Shown here in pieces: positions 1 through 10,510 of a stretch of DNA of 61,690 nucleotides (position 1 is the stretch's first letter; every line of letters begins with the position of its first letter). Location of the stretch: the NCBI GenBank assembly GCA_029855935.1, contig JAGSHN010000003.1, positions 1-61,690 on the forward strand. Reading direction: 5' to 3'. The stretch is from Candidatus Thorarchaeota archaeon. Its GTDB lineage: Archaea > Asgardarchaeota > Thorarchaeia > Thorarchaeales > Thorarchaeaceae. The notes below the pieces were generated by a model, which was not told the origin of the DNA, made no database searches, and saw only the letters and a program-made list of their open reading frames with translations. The position numbers and the translations under genes are program-made.

Positions 1-119
1 GAACAGACCCAACCCCCAAACGCCCCCGTGTCGGTGTCCGCCACCACCGCCGCACGGGGGCACATCATTGTTGTGTACACCCTCATATGTCGGTCACTAG
101 GCCGTCCATTTGTCGTGCG

Positions 120-674
120 TCAGTGGGATCGGTCCCCCTCTCCCTGACTCTCACTCCCATCCCGTCTTCTCTCGAATCTGTCGTCGGCTGTGATTGGCAC
201 CTCTGCTGCAGACAGACGTCTCGCGAGCCAGCCAGAGGAGGCGTCGGTTCTGTTGTCGAACTCGGGCACGAACGGCTTGATGTCGATCAACGGCGTCCCA
301 TCGAGCATGTCCGCGCCCTCGAACTCAATGACGTTGTGATGGACCCTGAGGACTCTGACGACGGATATGCCGATGGGGTTCGGCCTCGCTGGCGCCCTTG
401 TCGCGAAGACACCGTGCGCTCTCTGGTCCATGTATGGCACCACTGTGAGCTCCGGTTCTCGAGCCCTGTGGAACCAGTAGAGGAGGATGATGTGCGAGAA
501 CTCGTCGAGGGAGAGCAGCCCCTCCGCGTACTCCTCATAGACAACGACCGTCCCCCTCTCCGTGGACATGCTCGACTGCAGAGGTGCGCCTCTGCCGGTG
601 ATGAGGGATGTCCTTATGACCCCAATTGGCCTGACCACAATGCGGTCTTGTCCTGCTGCTGGCTCGTCTGTCAC
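120..674 (-). CDS. trmO: tRNA (N6-threonylcarbamoyladenosine(37)-N6)-methyltransferase TrmO/TsaA
   Basis: Motifs RPIGVI, FSHIILLYWFH, GVFATRAPARPNPIGIS, DMLDGTPLIDIKPF. Start placed at GTG 674; the ORF is open to 755. Confidence 0.9.
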   Translation of the reverse strand: MTDEPAAGQDRIVVRPIGVIRTSLITGRGAPLQSSMSTERGTVVVYEEYAEGLLSLDEFSHIILLYWFHRAREPELTVVPYMDQRAHGVFATRAPARPNPIGISVVRVLRVHHNVIEFEGADMLDGTPLIDIKPFVPEFDNRTDASSGWLARRLSAAEVPITADDRFERRRDGSESQGEGDRSH

Positions 675-886
675 GGTATCACCACCGCCGTCGTCTGCGG
701 CCCTGATGCATGCACATCCCTCTGATATCTGCTGGTATCGGGGCGTCTGTCTCATTCTCCTGTCCGTCGATCGTCACATGGCCGGGTCTGTGCTATAGTG
801 AAGCAGTTGAGATGCCTCACCAGTTACGCTTAATTAGGAATGATGTGGCCCCAGCCCCGACGTTTCAGACAGGCTGGGTGCCAACA

Positions 887-1918
887 GTGAGAATACTCAA
901 AATGGAACCAAAGTACTTTCAGGCCTTCATTGAGAGCCTTGACAAGTTCGGAAGAGTGTACGCCCCTGTCCGTCGGAACGGTGTGTTGACTTGGGACACT
1001 CCCGAGAGGTTTGAGGAGATCGTCCTTGGCGGGGAACACACGATGATCCCCGTCAAGAAGCTCTTTCATCCCATGAGGTTCGACATGTTCCGCTTCGATG
1101 ACAGTGGCTTCACACCAGACTATTCCTCCTCGGAGAAGAGGGTCATCGTGGGAGTGCCGCCGTGTGAGATTCACAGCCTCCTGCGTCTTGACGAGGTCTT
1201 CATGGAGCGACCGGTTGACCCCTACTACGCGCAACAACGCAGAGACTCTGCCATCATAGGCTACTCATGTCTGCCTGGTGAGAACTGCTTCTGCAGGAGC
1301 ACGGGGACGGACATTGTCGAGGAGGGCTTCGACCTGTTCTTTGTCAACCTCGGCGAGTTCTATCTCGTCTGGGTGGGGTCGAGCCTGGGTCACGATATGG
1401 TCCTCGTTCACGAGGACTTCTTTGACGACAGTGTCTCGCATGATGACATCAAGAAGTACATCGCGTGGCGGAAGAAGCGTGATGGTATGTTCAAGAAGTC
1501 GTTCGACTTTCGGAGCATGCCCGACCTGATGGAACTGAGTTATGAGAGTCCAATCTGGGAGGGGTTCGCCGAGAGATGTCTCTCGTGCGGTCAGTGCACT
1601 ATGGTGTGCCCAACCTGTAATTGCTACAATGTTGTCGATGTGCTCGACATATCGAGCGCGACGTCAGGGCGTCGCGAGCGACACTGGGACAGCTGCATGT
1701 TCGTCGACTACAGTCTTGTTGCCGGAGGCCATAACTTCAGGGGTGCCCGAGCCGAACGTCTGAAGCTGTGGTACACGCACAAGCTGCGGGCGTACGCCAG
1801 CGAGTACGGCAAGCCGGCCTGCATCGGCTGCGGTCGCTGCGTCGAGGCGTGTCCTGTTGACATCAACGTACTGACCGTCGCCGAGGCCCTGGTGACGATG
1901 GAGGTGCCTGCACGATGA
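887..1918 (+). CDS. hydB: Group 3b [NiFe] hydrogenase (sulfhydrogenase) beta subunit, 2x[4Fe-4S]
   Basis: CLSCGQCTMVCPTCNC and CIGCGRCVEACP; RERHWDSC...AGGHNFR; first gene of the four-gene operon. Start likely GTG 887. Confidence 0.9.
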   Translation: MRILKMEPKYFQAFIESLDKFGRVYAPVRRNGVLTWDTPERFEEIVLGGEHTMIPVKKLFHPMRFDMFRFDDSGFTPDYSSSEKRVIVGVPPCEIHSLLRLDEVFMERPVDPYYAQQRRDSAIIGYSCLPGENCFCRSTGTDIVEEGFDLFFVNLGEFYLVWVGSSLGHDMVLVHEDFFDDSVSHDDIKKYIAWRKKRDGMFKKSFDFRSMPDLMELSYESPIWEGFAERCLSCGQCTMVCPTCNCYNVVDVLDISSATSGRRERHWDSCMFVDYSLVAGGHNFRGARAERLKLWYTHKLRAYASEYGKPACIGCGRCVEACPVDINVLTVAEALVTMEVPAR

Positions 1919-2763
1919 TTGCGACAGAGAGCGTTGAGAATCCCTTTCAGCCCGAGCCCGCACGGATAGTCAGACAGTACGATCTGATCAAGGACCATCG
2001 GTTCTTTCAGATCCGGCATCTGGACATGTCGCGGGCGATGTCCTTTACGTACAATCCCGGGCAGTTCCTGATGCTGTCCATCCCGGGAGTCGGAGAGGCA
2101 CCGTTCTCGATATCCTCCACGCCGAGTCGTCCTGGAATAATCGAGCTGGGCATCAGGCGCACGGGCAGGCTGACGGACGCGCTATTCAGGAAACGGGACA
2201 ACGACATAGTCTTCATCCGCGGTCCATACGGCAACGGCTTCAAGATTGATCAGATGCGTGGTAAGGACATCCTGATAGTGGCTGGCGGGCTGGGCGTCAT
2301 CCCACTCCGCTCGATACTCTACTATGTGCTTGACAACCGCGATCAGTTCGGCCGCCTCTACTTTATGTACGGCGCGAGGTCGCCGGAGGAGATGCTCTTC
2401 AAGACGGAGTTCTTCCAATTGAGAGAGCGTGAGGACATAGAGTGCCTCTACACGGTCGACAGGGCCTCAGAGGGCTGGACTGGCGAGGTCGGTGTCGTCA
2501 CGAAGCTGTTCAAGTACCTGCCAGACATCGATCCCGAGGGTGTCAACGCCGTTGTCTGTGGCCCGCCTGTGATGTACAAGTTCGTCATCAAGGAGCTTCT
2601 CAAGCTCAAGATTCCGAAGAACCAGATTCAGATGACATTGGAGCGCAGGATGAAGTGCGGTGTTGGAAAGTGTGGCCACTGCGTGCTGGACCACCTCTAC
2701 ACCTGCATCGATGGACCAGTCTTCACATACTGGGACACGCTACACTTCAGGGAGTTGATATGA
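1915..2763 (+). CDS. hydG: Sulfhydrogenase gamma subunit (FAD/NAD(P)-binding, [2Fe-2S])
   Basis: PGQF..GEAPFSISS, RGPYGNGF, AGGLG, CGPPVM, LERRMKCGVGKCGHC; ATGA overlap with hydB. Confidence 0.92.
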   Translation: MIATESVENPFQPEPARIVRQYDLIKDHRFFQIRHLDMSRAMSFTYNPGQFLMLSIPGVGEAPFSISSTPSRPGIIELGIRRTGRLTDALFRKRDNDIVFIRGPYGNGFKIDQMRGKDILIVAGGLGVIPLRSILYYVLDNRDQFGRLYFMYGARSPEEMLFKTEFFQLREREDIECLYTVDRASEGWTGEVGVVTKLFKYLPDIDPEGVNAVVCGPPVMYKFVIKELLKLKIPKNQIQMTLERRMKCGVGKCGHCVLDHLYTCIDGPVFTYWDTLHFRELI

Positions 2764-2764
2764 G

Positions 2765-3574
2765 ATGTCGGGAACAAAGACTACAACGAGTGGTGGGGAG
2801 AGCAAGGGTAGAGAGAGGCCGCGCCTTGGCATCTACGGACTCACCGGATGTGCAGGCGACCAGCTCCTGCTGATCCACACTGAGGACCACCTGCTCGACA
2901 TCTTTGAGGCCTTCGATGTCAGGTCATTCGTGATGGCCTCGAGCAATCCTGTCGAGGAGGAGCTCGATGTGGCCATTGTCGAGGGGAGTGTGAGCACCGA
3001 GGAGCAGAGAGAGCACCTCCTTGAGATTCGCAAACGCGCGAAGATACTGGTGGCTGCGGGCAACTGTGCCACTGCTGGAGGTGTCCAGGCGATGTACGCC
3101 AAGGACGGCTCATTTGCAGAGCGTATGAGAAGGGTCTACGGTGATGATGTCAAGTTTGTCACCGAGCCGATAGAGGGGAGTCCCCTCGACGAGTTCGTCA
3201 CAGTTGACTACTATCTCCCTGGCTGTCCCATCAGTCAATCACAGGTGTTGGCGCTCCTCTCAAGGCTTCTACACGGAGAGCAGCCCGAACCGTATCCTCA
3301 TCCCGTCTGCCACGAGTGCAAGCTGAGGGAGAACCGGTGTCTGCTGCTGGACAAGAAGTTCTGTCTTGGTCCGGTCACTCTCGGTGGCTGCGGTGCCGCC
3401 TGTCCGAGCAATGGGGTGGGCTGTACTGGCTGTTGGGGGCCAAACCCGGATGGCAACTTCGAGGAGCACTTCAAGCTTCTCCAGAGCTTTGGCATGAGCA
3501 AGGATGAGATCATCCGGCGAGTGAGGAACTATGGTGGCCACAAGATACTGCAGTACATCAAGGACTTGGAGTAG
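2765..3574 (+). CDS. hydD: Sulfhydrogenase delta ([NiFe] small) subunit
   Basis: LTGCAGD, VEGSV, GNCATAGG, PGCP, VCHEC...CLGPVT.GGCGAACP...CTGCWG. Confidence 0.92.
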   Translation: MSGTKTTTSGGESKGRERPRLGIYGLTGCAGDQLLLIHTEDHLLDIFEAFDVRSFVMASSNPVEEELDVAIVEGSVSTEEQREHLLEIRKRAKILVAAGNCATAGGVQAMYAKDGSFAERMRRVYGDDVKFVTEPIEGSPLDEFVTVDYYLPGCPISQSQVLALLSRLLHGEQPEPYPHPVCHECKLRENRCLLLDKKFCLGPVTLGGCGAACPSNGVGCTGCWGPNPDGNFEEHFKLLQSFGMSKDEIIRRVRNYGGHKILQYIKDLE

Positions 3575-3593
3575 CCGGAGGAGGAAGTGAACG

Positions 3594-4886
3594 ATGAGTA
3601 AGACGGAGAGAATTGAGATCGAGCCTCTCGCCCGCGTCGAGGGCCACGGAGGTATTCGAGTGGAGATCAAGGACAACAAGGTACAGAATGTGGAGGTGCG
3701 GATTCTTGAGGGTCCCCGGCTCTTCGAGACTCTCGTGTTGGGCAAGACGCCAGAGGAGGACCTGAGCATAGTCCCGCGCATCTGTGCCATCTGCAACCTC
3801 TCGCACAAGTTCGCCGCACTGCGCGGTCTCGAGAAGGCGCTGGGAGTCACGGTCCCTGAGGCCACACAGCTCTACAGAGAGCTGATGCATCACGGCGAGA
3901 TGCTGGAGAGCCACAGCCTGCATCTGTACTTCCTGGCCCTGCCCGACTTTCTGGGCTACGACAATGCCATCGCGATGGCCGAGAAGTACGGCGATGTTGT
4001 GACGAAGGCCCTTGCACTGAAGAAGTTCGCCAACAAGGTGATGCGGATAATGGGTGGCAGGATGATTCACGGTGAGAACCCCATCCTTGGTGGCTTTGGC
4101 CGCCTGCCTGACCACAGGACGCTCCAGCAGCTGAGGGAGGAGGCTGAGGGCTTTCTGCCCTTCGCCATGGAGACAATCGATCTGCTTGCCAGTCTTGAAG
4201 TCCCCGACTATATGGAACGGGAGACACGTTTTCTCTGTCTGAAGCCGCCGCACGATGGGTACGGCTACTACGGTGACATCCTGCTCGCCTCTGATGGCAA
4301 GGAGTATGATGTGGAGGACTACAAGAGCGTCATCTCCGAGCGTGTTGTGGGCCACAGCTTTGCCAAGCGCGGCAGGTACCAGGACCGGCCCTTCACAGTG
4401 GGCGCCATCGCGCGTGTGCTGAACCTTGGCGACAGACTGACTGGCAAGGCCCGTGAGGCGCGCGACAGGCTTGTCAACGAGCGCTGGTATCGCAACCCGC
4501 TCTACAACAACTTCGCACAGGCCGTGGAGATGGTCTTCTCGCTGGAGGACATGGTCCGCGTCATTGACCGCCTCTTGGAGCTGGACCAGCCCGAGATTGC
4601 GAGACCGACGCGCGAGACGGGCGTTGGAACGGGCGGGGTCGAGGCGCCACGTGGCATTCTCCTACATCACTACGAGATCGAGAACGGGCTGACGGTCAGT
4701 GCCGACATAATCACTCCGACGGCGATGTTTCTCGACGATGTCGAGGCCTTCATCCGGCGGGCGAGTGAGAGCCTTCTCTCAAAGAACGAGCTCGACAACT
4801 TTGAACTGCGTCTTGAGATGGTAGCGCGGGCCTTTGACCCGTGCATCAGCTGCAGCACTCACCTTGTGACGGTGGAGTTCGAGTGA
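3594..4886 (+). CDS. hydA: Sulfhydrogenase alpha ([NiFe] large) subunit, group 3b
   Basis: ARVEGHG, L1 RICAIC, EAPRG, L2 DPCISCSTH plus a short C-terminal extension. Confidence 0.95.
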   Translation: MSKTERIEIEPLARVEGHGGIRVEIKDNKVQNVEVRILEGPRLFETLVLGKTPEEDLSIVPRICAICNLSHKFAALRGLEKALGVTVPEATQLYRELMHHGEMLESHSLHLYFLALPDFLGYDNAIAMAEKYGDVVTKALALKKFANKVMRIMGGRMIHGENPILGGFGRLPDHRTLQQLREEAEGFLPFAMETIDLLASLEVPDYMERETRFLCLKPPHDGYGYYGDILLASDGKEYDVEDYKSVISERVVGHSFAKRGRYQDRPFTVGAIARVLNLGDRLTGKAREARDRLVNERWYRNPLYNNFAQAVEMVFSLEDMVRVIDRLLELDQPEIARPTRETGVGTGGVEAPRGILLHHYEIENGLTVSADIITPTAMFLDDVEAFIRRASESLLSKNELDNFELRLEMVARAFDPCISCSTHLVTVEFE

Positions 4887-5022
4887 CTGAGTAGAGCAGA
4901 CCTGATGAGCAACGGCGTCTACGGGATGGATAGGTTGGCCCAACAGCGTCCATCTCGTTGTCGCCGTCTCCTCCTCTATCTCTGCAATCTATGTTCTGCA
5001 GACGTTCGCGTCAGAGTGAGGT

Positions 5023-5853
5023 CTAGGGCCAGTCACGGAGCATCTCGGCGCTCGGCCCGATACGGGTGATCTCCTTCACCTCTATGATCACATCACGGTC
5101 GAGTTCCCTTACCCTCTGCATTATCTCGGTGAGGCGCAGGGTGCCCTCCCCAGGGGCGAGGTGCTGGTCGCTCGTGCCGTCGTTGTCGTGGACATGGACC
5201 TCTGTGGTATAGTCCGACAGGATGTCGAGAAACTCCGCAGGGTCGCGTCCGGTGGTGTTTGCATGACCGACGTCCACAACCGCAGACGCACCGAGGTCGG
5301 AGAGCAGATTGACGATGTCCCTCTGCTCCTCGGGCAGCAGGATGAGCTCTCTGTCCTTGCCGCGCTGCTTGTTCTCGAGTCCCAGTCTGACATTCCTTGC
5401 GTGAGCGTAGATGGCAAGATCGAGTAGGCTGGCATAGAGCCTCTCTCGGGCGAGGTCCAGTCGAGCTATCTGGTCCGCCGGACACTTTCCGCAGTGGACC
5501 ACAAGCGACCCGACCTGAAGCCTGTGCGCCACATCAATCGACATCCTGACGACCTCGACAGACGCCCGTCTGATTGGTTCCTTCAGACTCGCCAGATTGA
5601 TGTCGTGAATTGGTGCGTGGAGGGCGAGGTCCAGTCCTACTGAGGCAAGAGTGTCCCTGACAGCCCGACCCAGGTCCCCGTCATTATCATCGCGTCTCTG
5701 ACCATTGCGATGCAGCATGGCCTCTGGTGTGTAGGGGTCCTCGAGAACGACCTCGACGAGGTCCAGCGCGGCATCGGCGCAGATGCTGACGAAGTCACGG
5801 AGCGGGATGGGGCACCCTGAGTAGTAGGAGGCGCCGATTCTGATCACAATCAC
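5023..5853 (-). CDS. Sugar phosphate isomerase/epimerase (xylose-isomerase-like TIM barrel, AP endonuclease 2 family)
   Basis: HAP..DINLAS, GLEN, DVGHA, HVHDNDG..DQHL..GEG. Confidence 0.85.
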   Translation of the reverse strand: MIVIRIGASYYSGCPIPLRDFVSICADAALDLVEVVLEDPYTPEAMLHRNGQRRDDNDGDLGRAVRDTLASVGLDLALHAPIHDINLASLKEPIRRASVEVVRMSIDVAHRLQVGSLVVHCGKCPADQIARLDLARERLYASLLDLAIYAHARNVRLGLENKQRGKDRELILLPEEQRDIVNLLSDLGASAVVDVGHANTTGRDPAEFLDILSDYTTEVHVHDNDGTSDQHLAPGEGTLRLTEIMQRVRELDRDVIIEVKEITRIGPSAEMLRDWP

Positions 5854-5869
5854 CTCCGTTGATTGATGG

Positions 5870-6601
5870 TCACTGCAACGTCCTTAATCTTGTGGCGACA
5901 GTGAGGTTCCCGCTGATGGCGATGGCGAGCAGCGCGAGGAATGGGCAGCCCAGTACGGAACAGACGAAGATCACGAAGAGACGCACATCCCTCGTCATCC
6001 CGAGGAATCTGCCGTCCCTCCTCTCGAAGACGCCACCCTGTTCCATCTTCGCACGTGAGTAGCTGACCAACAGCGATCCTGCGACCGCGAGAGCATACAC
6101 AATGAGAAGCATCTCGGCCCCCACTGGCACGAGCAGGAGTGACAGTGGCAGCACCGCCACCAGAGGTCTCTCTCCCAACACTGCCAAGTACATACCCGTG
6201 ACTATTGCGAGGTCGGCATACCTGTCGAGGACCGCGTCCAGTATCCCCCCACCGACGGAGGCAGTGCCACGCAGGCGCGCAAGGTCACCGTCGACACCGT
6301 CCACTATGCTGCTCAGCTGTACCAGCATGCCTCCGACAATCAGGGACGGTGGGACCCCGAGGACTGTATAGTCCTGTGGCAGGAACATATTTCCCGCTGC
6401 GTAGAACACGGCAGCCAGACACGCGAGAAACAACGCCGTCCACGACACAAGGTTCGGGGTCACCCACGAGATGGCTTCGAGGGCGTGTGCGAGGGGCACG
6501 GACGCTCTCCTGTTGAGATGTCTGGACACTATCCCATCAATCTTCTGCATCCGGGCTGGTCTGATGTCGGGCACAAGTACTGTTCTCTCATCCTCTCTCA
6601 C
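5870..6601 (-). CDS. CDP-alcohol phosphotransferase, di-myo-inositol-1,3'-phosphate-1'-phosphate synthase (DIPPS)-like
   Basis: DGVDGDLAR..G..S..GGILDAVLDRYAD signature; N-terminal DGIVSRHLNR as in DIPPS; coupled to an NTP transferase gene. Confidence 0.8.
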   Translation of the reverse strand: MREDERTVLVPDIRPARMQKIDGIVSRHLNRRASVPLAHALEAISWVTPNLVSWTALFLACLAAVFYAAGNMFLPQDYTVLGVPPSLIVGGMLVQLSSIVDGVDGDLARLRGTASVGGGILDAVLDRYADLAIVTGMYLAVLGERPLVAVLPLSLLLVPVGAEMLLIVYALAVAGSLLVSYSRAKMEQGGVFERRDGRFLGMTRDVRLFVIFVCSVLGCPFLALLAIAISGNLTVATRLRTLQ

Positions 6602-7443
6602 AGATATCCCTCCGTTCTCAACTGTTCAAGCGGGCTCTCGGTCATCTCTGTCTGCGACAACTCCGGTATCTCCATCCTGGGGCCCAGAGAGTACAGGACG
6701 CCGAGGTCAGAGACTATGATCTGCTCGGCTGCGTGCAGGTCCTCGGGCGTGTCAATGTCCATCCAGAAGCCTCCGTCAGAGTCGGCCGCCACCGTACTGA
6801 GGCCCCTGTCAATCATCCAGTTGACAGCGTCCGTCACAGTGCAGTGTCCGTGATTGCTGCTCATCACCTCCGCCACCGCAGTGCTGAACCTCTCCCCGAC
6901 ACGAAAGACGCCAGTGTCGATGCTATTCCACTGCTGAATGCCCTTTCCTATACGCCTGATCCGTCCCTCCTCATCCACAAGGACCCGTGTCGGGTCGTCG
7001 GGGTCATTGAGATACGTCCCCTCAGAGTCCACAACGAGCACGAGGTCCGCATGCTCTGCTGCCCCCCTCGCCAGCTCGTACAGGGATGGCTCGACGATGT
7101 GGTCTGCCATTGTCATCACAGCACTGTCACAGTCCACTGCCTCGATGCCGCATCTGGCGGAGACGCCGTTTCCCAGCCTGTAGTTCGGGTTGAGAATGAC
7201 GTCCACATCCGCCGACCAGGACCTGCTCTCGACCCACGAGCGCACCTCCTCGGCACGACTACCCGTCACCACTACGATTCGCTCGATGCCGGCGAGTTCG
7301 AGGCCCGTGAGGGTCCACCACAACAGCGGACGCCCGAGAAGCGGGATCAGAGGCTTCGGGGGAACATACCCCCCGACTCTCATCCGGGAGCCGAGGCCTG
7401 CCGCCAGAACCACCGCGCTCCTAGTGATCTCTCTGTGGACCAT
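6598..7443 (-). CDS. Nucleotidyltransferase, CTP:inositol-1-phosphate cytidylyltransferase (IPCT)-like
   Basis: AVVLAAGLGSRM..PKPL, GNGVS, MADH, IDTGVF, WMDIDTPED; overlaps the DIPPS-like gene. Start ATG 7443. Confidence 0.8.
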   Translation of the reverse strand: MVHREITRSAVVLAAGLGSRMRVGGYVPPKPLIPLLGRPLLWWTLTGLELAGIERIVVVTGSRAEEVRSWVESRSWSADVDVILNPNYRLGNGVSARCGIEAVDCDSAVMTMADHIVEPSLYELARGAAEHADLVLVVDSEGTYLNDPDDPTRVLVDEEGRIRRIGKGIQQWNSIDTGVFRVGERFSTAVAEVMSSNHGHCTVTDAVNWMIDRGLSTVAADSDGGFWMDIDTPEDLHAAEQIIVSDLGVLYSLGPRMEIPELSQTEMTESPLEQLRTEGYL

Positions 7444-7905
7444 CTCTGTTCTTCCCTCCTGAGTGACCGTTTCTGTTCCGAGCCCTCGGTAGCCGAGGTC
7501 CGCAGTCGGACTACGCACTGTCTGTCATGGCCGTGCCTCACTGTATCGTGAGGTCACTCGTTCAATCCAATGTCGTCTTGGTCTGTACATCGTGTGAATG
7601 TGTGGTACGGATGCGTCACCACGATGATTCAATTCGTCATTCCGCGACGTGATGACGCCCGTACAGGACGGTCCCTGTACAGACCATCTCTGCATGTCAC
7701 CTACTTACTACTCACCATCATGATACGTACGAACAAATATAGCATTTCGGGCTAGTGCCGTGAGGGTCCTCCGTCAGCATGTCTTGGCTCGAACGAACGG
7801 CTTATATCGCAAGCTGAGATGTGTCGTCGTCAACCACTCTCTACGGCTCCGCTGTCCGGTCTGGTCACACAGTCCGCGGAGGAGGTCGATTGTCCGTGAC
7901 AGGAA

Positions 7906-9117
7906 GTGATGATGATGGTGGGCCCCGGCCGTCTGACGGAAGCGGCACGCTTCCTCGGTCAATCGCTGTTGTCCCTTCTGTTTGACTTTGGGGGTCTCGC
8001 GGCTGGAGCTCTGCTGGCGACCTTCTTTGGGGTCTTCCTGTCGGTCCCGTGGGCCATACTGGTCTTTCCCGGCATTCTGAGCATCCGTGGTGCGGTGGGT
8101 GGCCTCTTCAGTGGCCGGCTCAGTACGGCTCTCCACATCGGCTCTGTTCGTCCCTCGCTTCTGCACAACACACCAGCGTACTACGACCTGATTCGATCCG
8201 TCACCGTACTGACACTGATGAGCGCCCTCAGCCTGAGCGCAATGGCGGCCGTCTTCAGTGTCGTACTGCTCGCTATCCCGGTCGCAGATATTCTCTGGTT
8301 GGTGGTCGTCGTCATCGGCACGATGGGCATCTCGTTGGCTGTGGTCTCACCAGTGACGATTGGGGTCTCTGTTGTGTCGTTCCGGCGTGGGCTCGATCCC
8401 GACGTGGTCACGTATCCCATTGTCTCCACAATCGCAGACATCCTTGTGACCCTCTGCTACATTGCCGTCCTGACAGTCTTCACTGGCCTGCCCCATCTCA
8501 TACCCGTCATCATCGTCCTCGATGCACTCTTTGTGTTTATTGCTCTCGGGCTTCTCCTCACGGCCCGGCACGACAGCAATGTCATCTCAACACTCCGCCA
8601 GTTCGTCGTGACGCTGGCACTGGTCGTTGTCATAGTGAACATCACGGGCTCCTTTCTCGACAGGATAAGTCAGGTGGTCAGGTCGCGTCCAGACGTCTAT
8701 TTCGTCTATCCTGCACTCATCGACACGGTCGGTGATGTGGGATCAATCGTCGGTTCCACTACGACTACCGAGCTGACGCTCGGTACCATTCAGCCATCGG
8801 TCCGTGGTCTCGGTGCCCAGATGCCAAAGCTGCTGATGGCATGGGTGGCGTCGCTCATCATGGTTGGTGGCTATGCGTCGCTCGGGTTCCTCTATCTCCA
8901 ACTCACTCTCGCCTCGCTGTGGAATCTGCTGCTGATTCTCGTCGCCGCGAACTGTATGTCGGTACTGCTGGTGAGCCTGATCTCGTTCACCCTCGCCATC
9001 ACCACTGCGCGACACGGCCTCAATCCTGACAATCTCGTCATCCCAGTGGAGAGCTCGCTTGCCGACACCATCACCACACTGTCGCTGCTGGTCGCGATAC
9101 TCCTCCTCTCGGGCTGA
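7906..9117 (+). CDS. MgtE/SLC41-type divalent cation transporter (duplicated membrane domain)
   Basis: Two repeats with GLDPD..P..STIAD and GLNPDN..P..SSLAD; RLSTALHIG; hydrophobic throughout. Confidence 0.85.
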   Translation: MMMMVGPGRLTEAARFLGQSLLSLLFDFGGLAAGALLATFFGVFLSVPWAILVFPGILSIRGAVGGLFSGRLSTALHIGSVRPSLLHNTPAYYDLIRSVTVLTLMSALSLSAMAAVFSVVLLAIPVADILWLVVVVIGTMGISLAVVSPVTIGVSVVSFRRGLDPDVVTYPIVSTIADILVTLCYIAVLTVFTGLPHLIPVIIVLDALFVFIALGLLLTARHDSNVISTLRQFVVTLALVVVIVNITGSFLDRISQVVRSRPDVYFVYPALIDTVGDVGSIVGSTTTTELTLGTIQPSVRGLGAQMPKLLMAWVASLIMVGGYASLGFLYLQLTLASLWNLLLILVAANCMSVLLVSLISFTLAITTARHGLNPDNLVIPVESSLADTITTLSLLVAILLLSG

Positions 9118-9258
9118 CGATGTACCGGACCGCCACAGTACGGACGCAGGAGGAGGCGGTCATTGCCAATGCGATAGCCTTAATTCTGCGCGTCGCAACG
9201 TAGGACGCAGAGCAGTAGGTCATCGGTGCATCTCTGGCACCGAGGAGCAGTCATCTTA

Positions 9259-10458
9259 ATGCCCTCTCGAAAGAGAATGAAACCCATCAAGTACGAGGCC
9301 GTCCCTGTACGGGAACTGCTGACCCGTATGAAGACGTTGTCTGAACTGATGATAGACCTCGCATACTCGGCGCTCCTCTTCTCCGACCCGCAGCTGGGCG
9401 AGTGGGTACTGGAGCTGGAGGAGCATGTCGACGAGATTGGCTATCAGCTGTTGATGACACTGTCCCTCTCCGTACGCGACAGACACGATGCTGAGCGCGC
9501 TGTCGGTCTGTTCAGCATGGCCAGCTCGGCAAACAAGATCTCAGATGCTGCTGCAGACATAGCATCTCTGGCGCAGACTGGTCGTCACAAGAACCCTCTC
9601 GTCGCCGAGGTCTTCGACCTTGTCGAGGAACATCTCGTGAAGGCCCGTGTGATTGACACCTCCGACCTCGTCGGACGCACTCTGGAGGAGATATGGCGTT
9701 CTGCCGATGTGAACGTCGACGTAATGGCTGTACGCAGGGCCACTGGCTGGACGTTCAATCCGCCTCCCGACTTCGTCATAGAACCGGGTGATGTGGTCTT
9801 TGCTCGTGGGTCGGTCCACGAGACCGAGGTCTTCGCGGAGCTGGCGACGGGCGCACCAGCACGTGAGGCCGAGATGTCACCGGAGGAGTCGCGAGGGCTG
9901 TCTCATCTGATGCTGGAGATGAAGGAGACCTCGGAGTTCATGGTCTCGCTGTCCTACGCGTCTGTCGTCCACAGTGATGCTGAACTCGCGGAGGAGGTCG
10001 GAGAGCTGGAGGACAGGCTCGATGAGATGTGCGAGATGTTCATCCGCCAGGTCCTGATAATGGAGAACGAGGACATCGAGGTGCGATGGGACCTCGTGCG
10101 TCTCGCCACGGCCACAGAGCAGATAGCCGATGCGGCATGGGAGATGGCCCAGATACCACTCAGTGGTCTGGAGACGCATCCAATCATCGGGGACATCGTA
10201 CACGAGGCCGACGAGATTGTGGCAAGGATCAGGGTGACTGAGGGCTCTCCTCTGGACGGCAAGACGCTTGATGAGCTTGCCCTTGGGGACAACTACGGCA
10301 TCTATGTCCAGTCGGTCCGCAGAGCGGGTCGCTGGTTTCACCGACCCAACAAGATGTTTCGTCTGAGGGCAGGCGACTACCTCATTGTCGATGGTTATCG
10401 TCAGGGGATTGAGGAGCTGCGGGAGCAGATGGGGGAGTCCGCCACAGCTGATGAGTGA
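9259..10458 (+). CDS. Tandem PhoU + TrkA-C (RCK_C) domain protein
   Basis: Twice (MK..SE.M..LAYS helical PhoU-like) + (S.L.G.TL..L.....V..VRR TrkA-C); commonly paired with MgtE in archaea. Confidence 0.85.
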   Translation: MPSRKRMKPIKYEAVPVRELLTRMKTLSELMIDLAYSALLFSDPQLGEWVLELEEHVDEIGYQLLMTLSLSVRDRHDAERAVGLFSMASSANKISDAAADIASLAQTGRHKNPLVAEVFDLVEEHLVKARVIDTSDLVGRTLEEIWRSADVNVDVMAVRRATGWTFNPPPDFVIEPGDVVFARGSVHETEVFAELATGAPAREAEMSPEESRGLSHLMLEMKETSEFMVSLSYASVVHSDAELAEEVGELEDRLDEMCEMFIRQVLIMENEDIEVRWDLVRLATATEQIADAAWEMAQIPLSGLETHPIIGDIVHEADEIVARIRVTEGSPLDGKTLDELALGDNYGIYVQSVRRAGRWFHRPNKMFRLRAGDYLIVDGYRQGIEELREQMGESATADE

Positions 10459-10510
10459 GCGGGACTGATGACAGGCGTATATGAGAACAGGTGCCCACAC
10501 ACTTGTTCCA

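Noticed and set aside
22-61. GC-rich hairpin GCCCCCGTG...CACGGGGGC at the window edge
   Set aside because: Real inverted repeat, but the context is truncated; it cannot be assigned as a terminator or RNA gene.
3594-4886. Selenocysteine-containing [NiFeSe] hydrogenase
   Set aside because: All four Ni ligands are encoded as Cys; there is no in-frame TGA.
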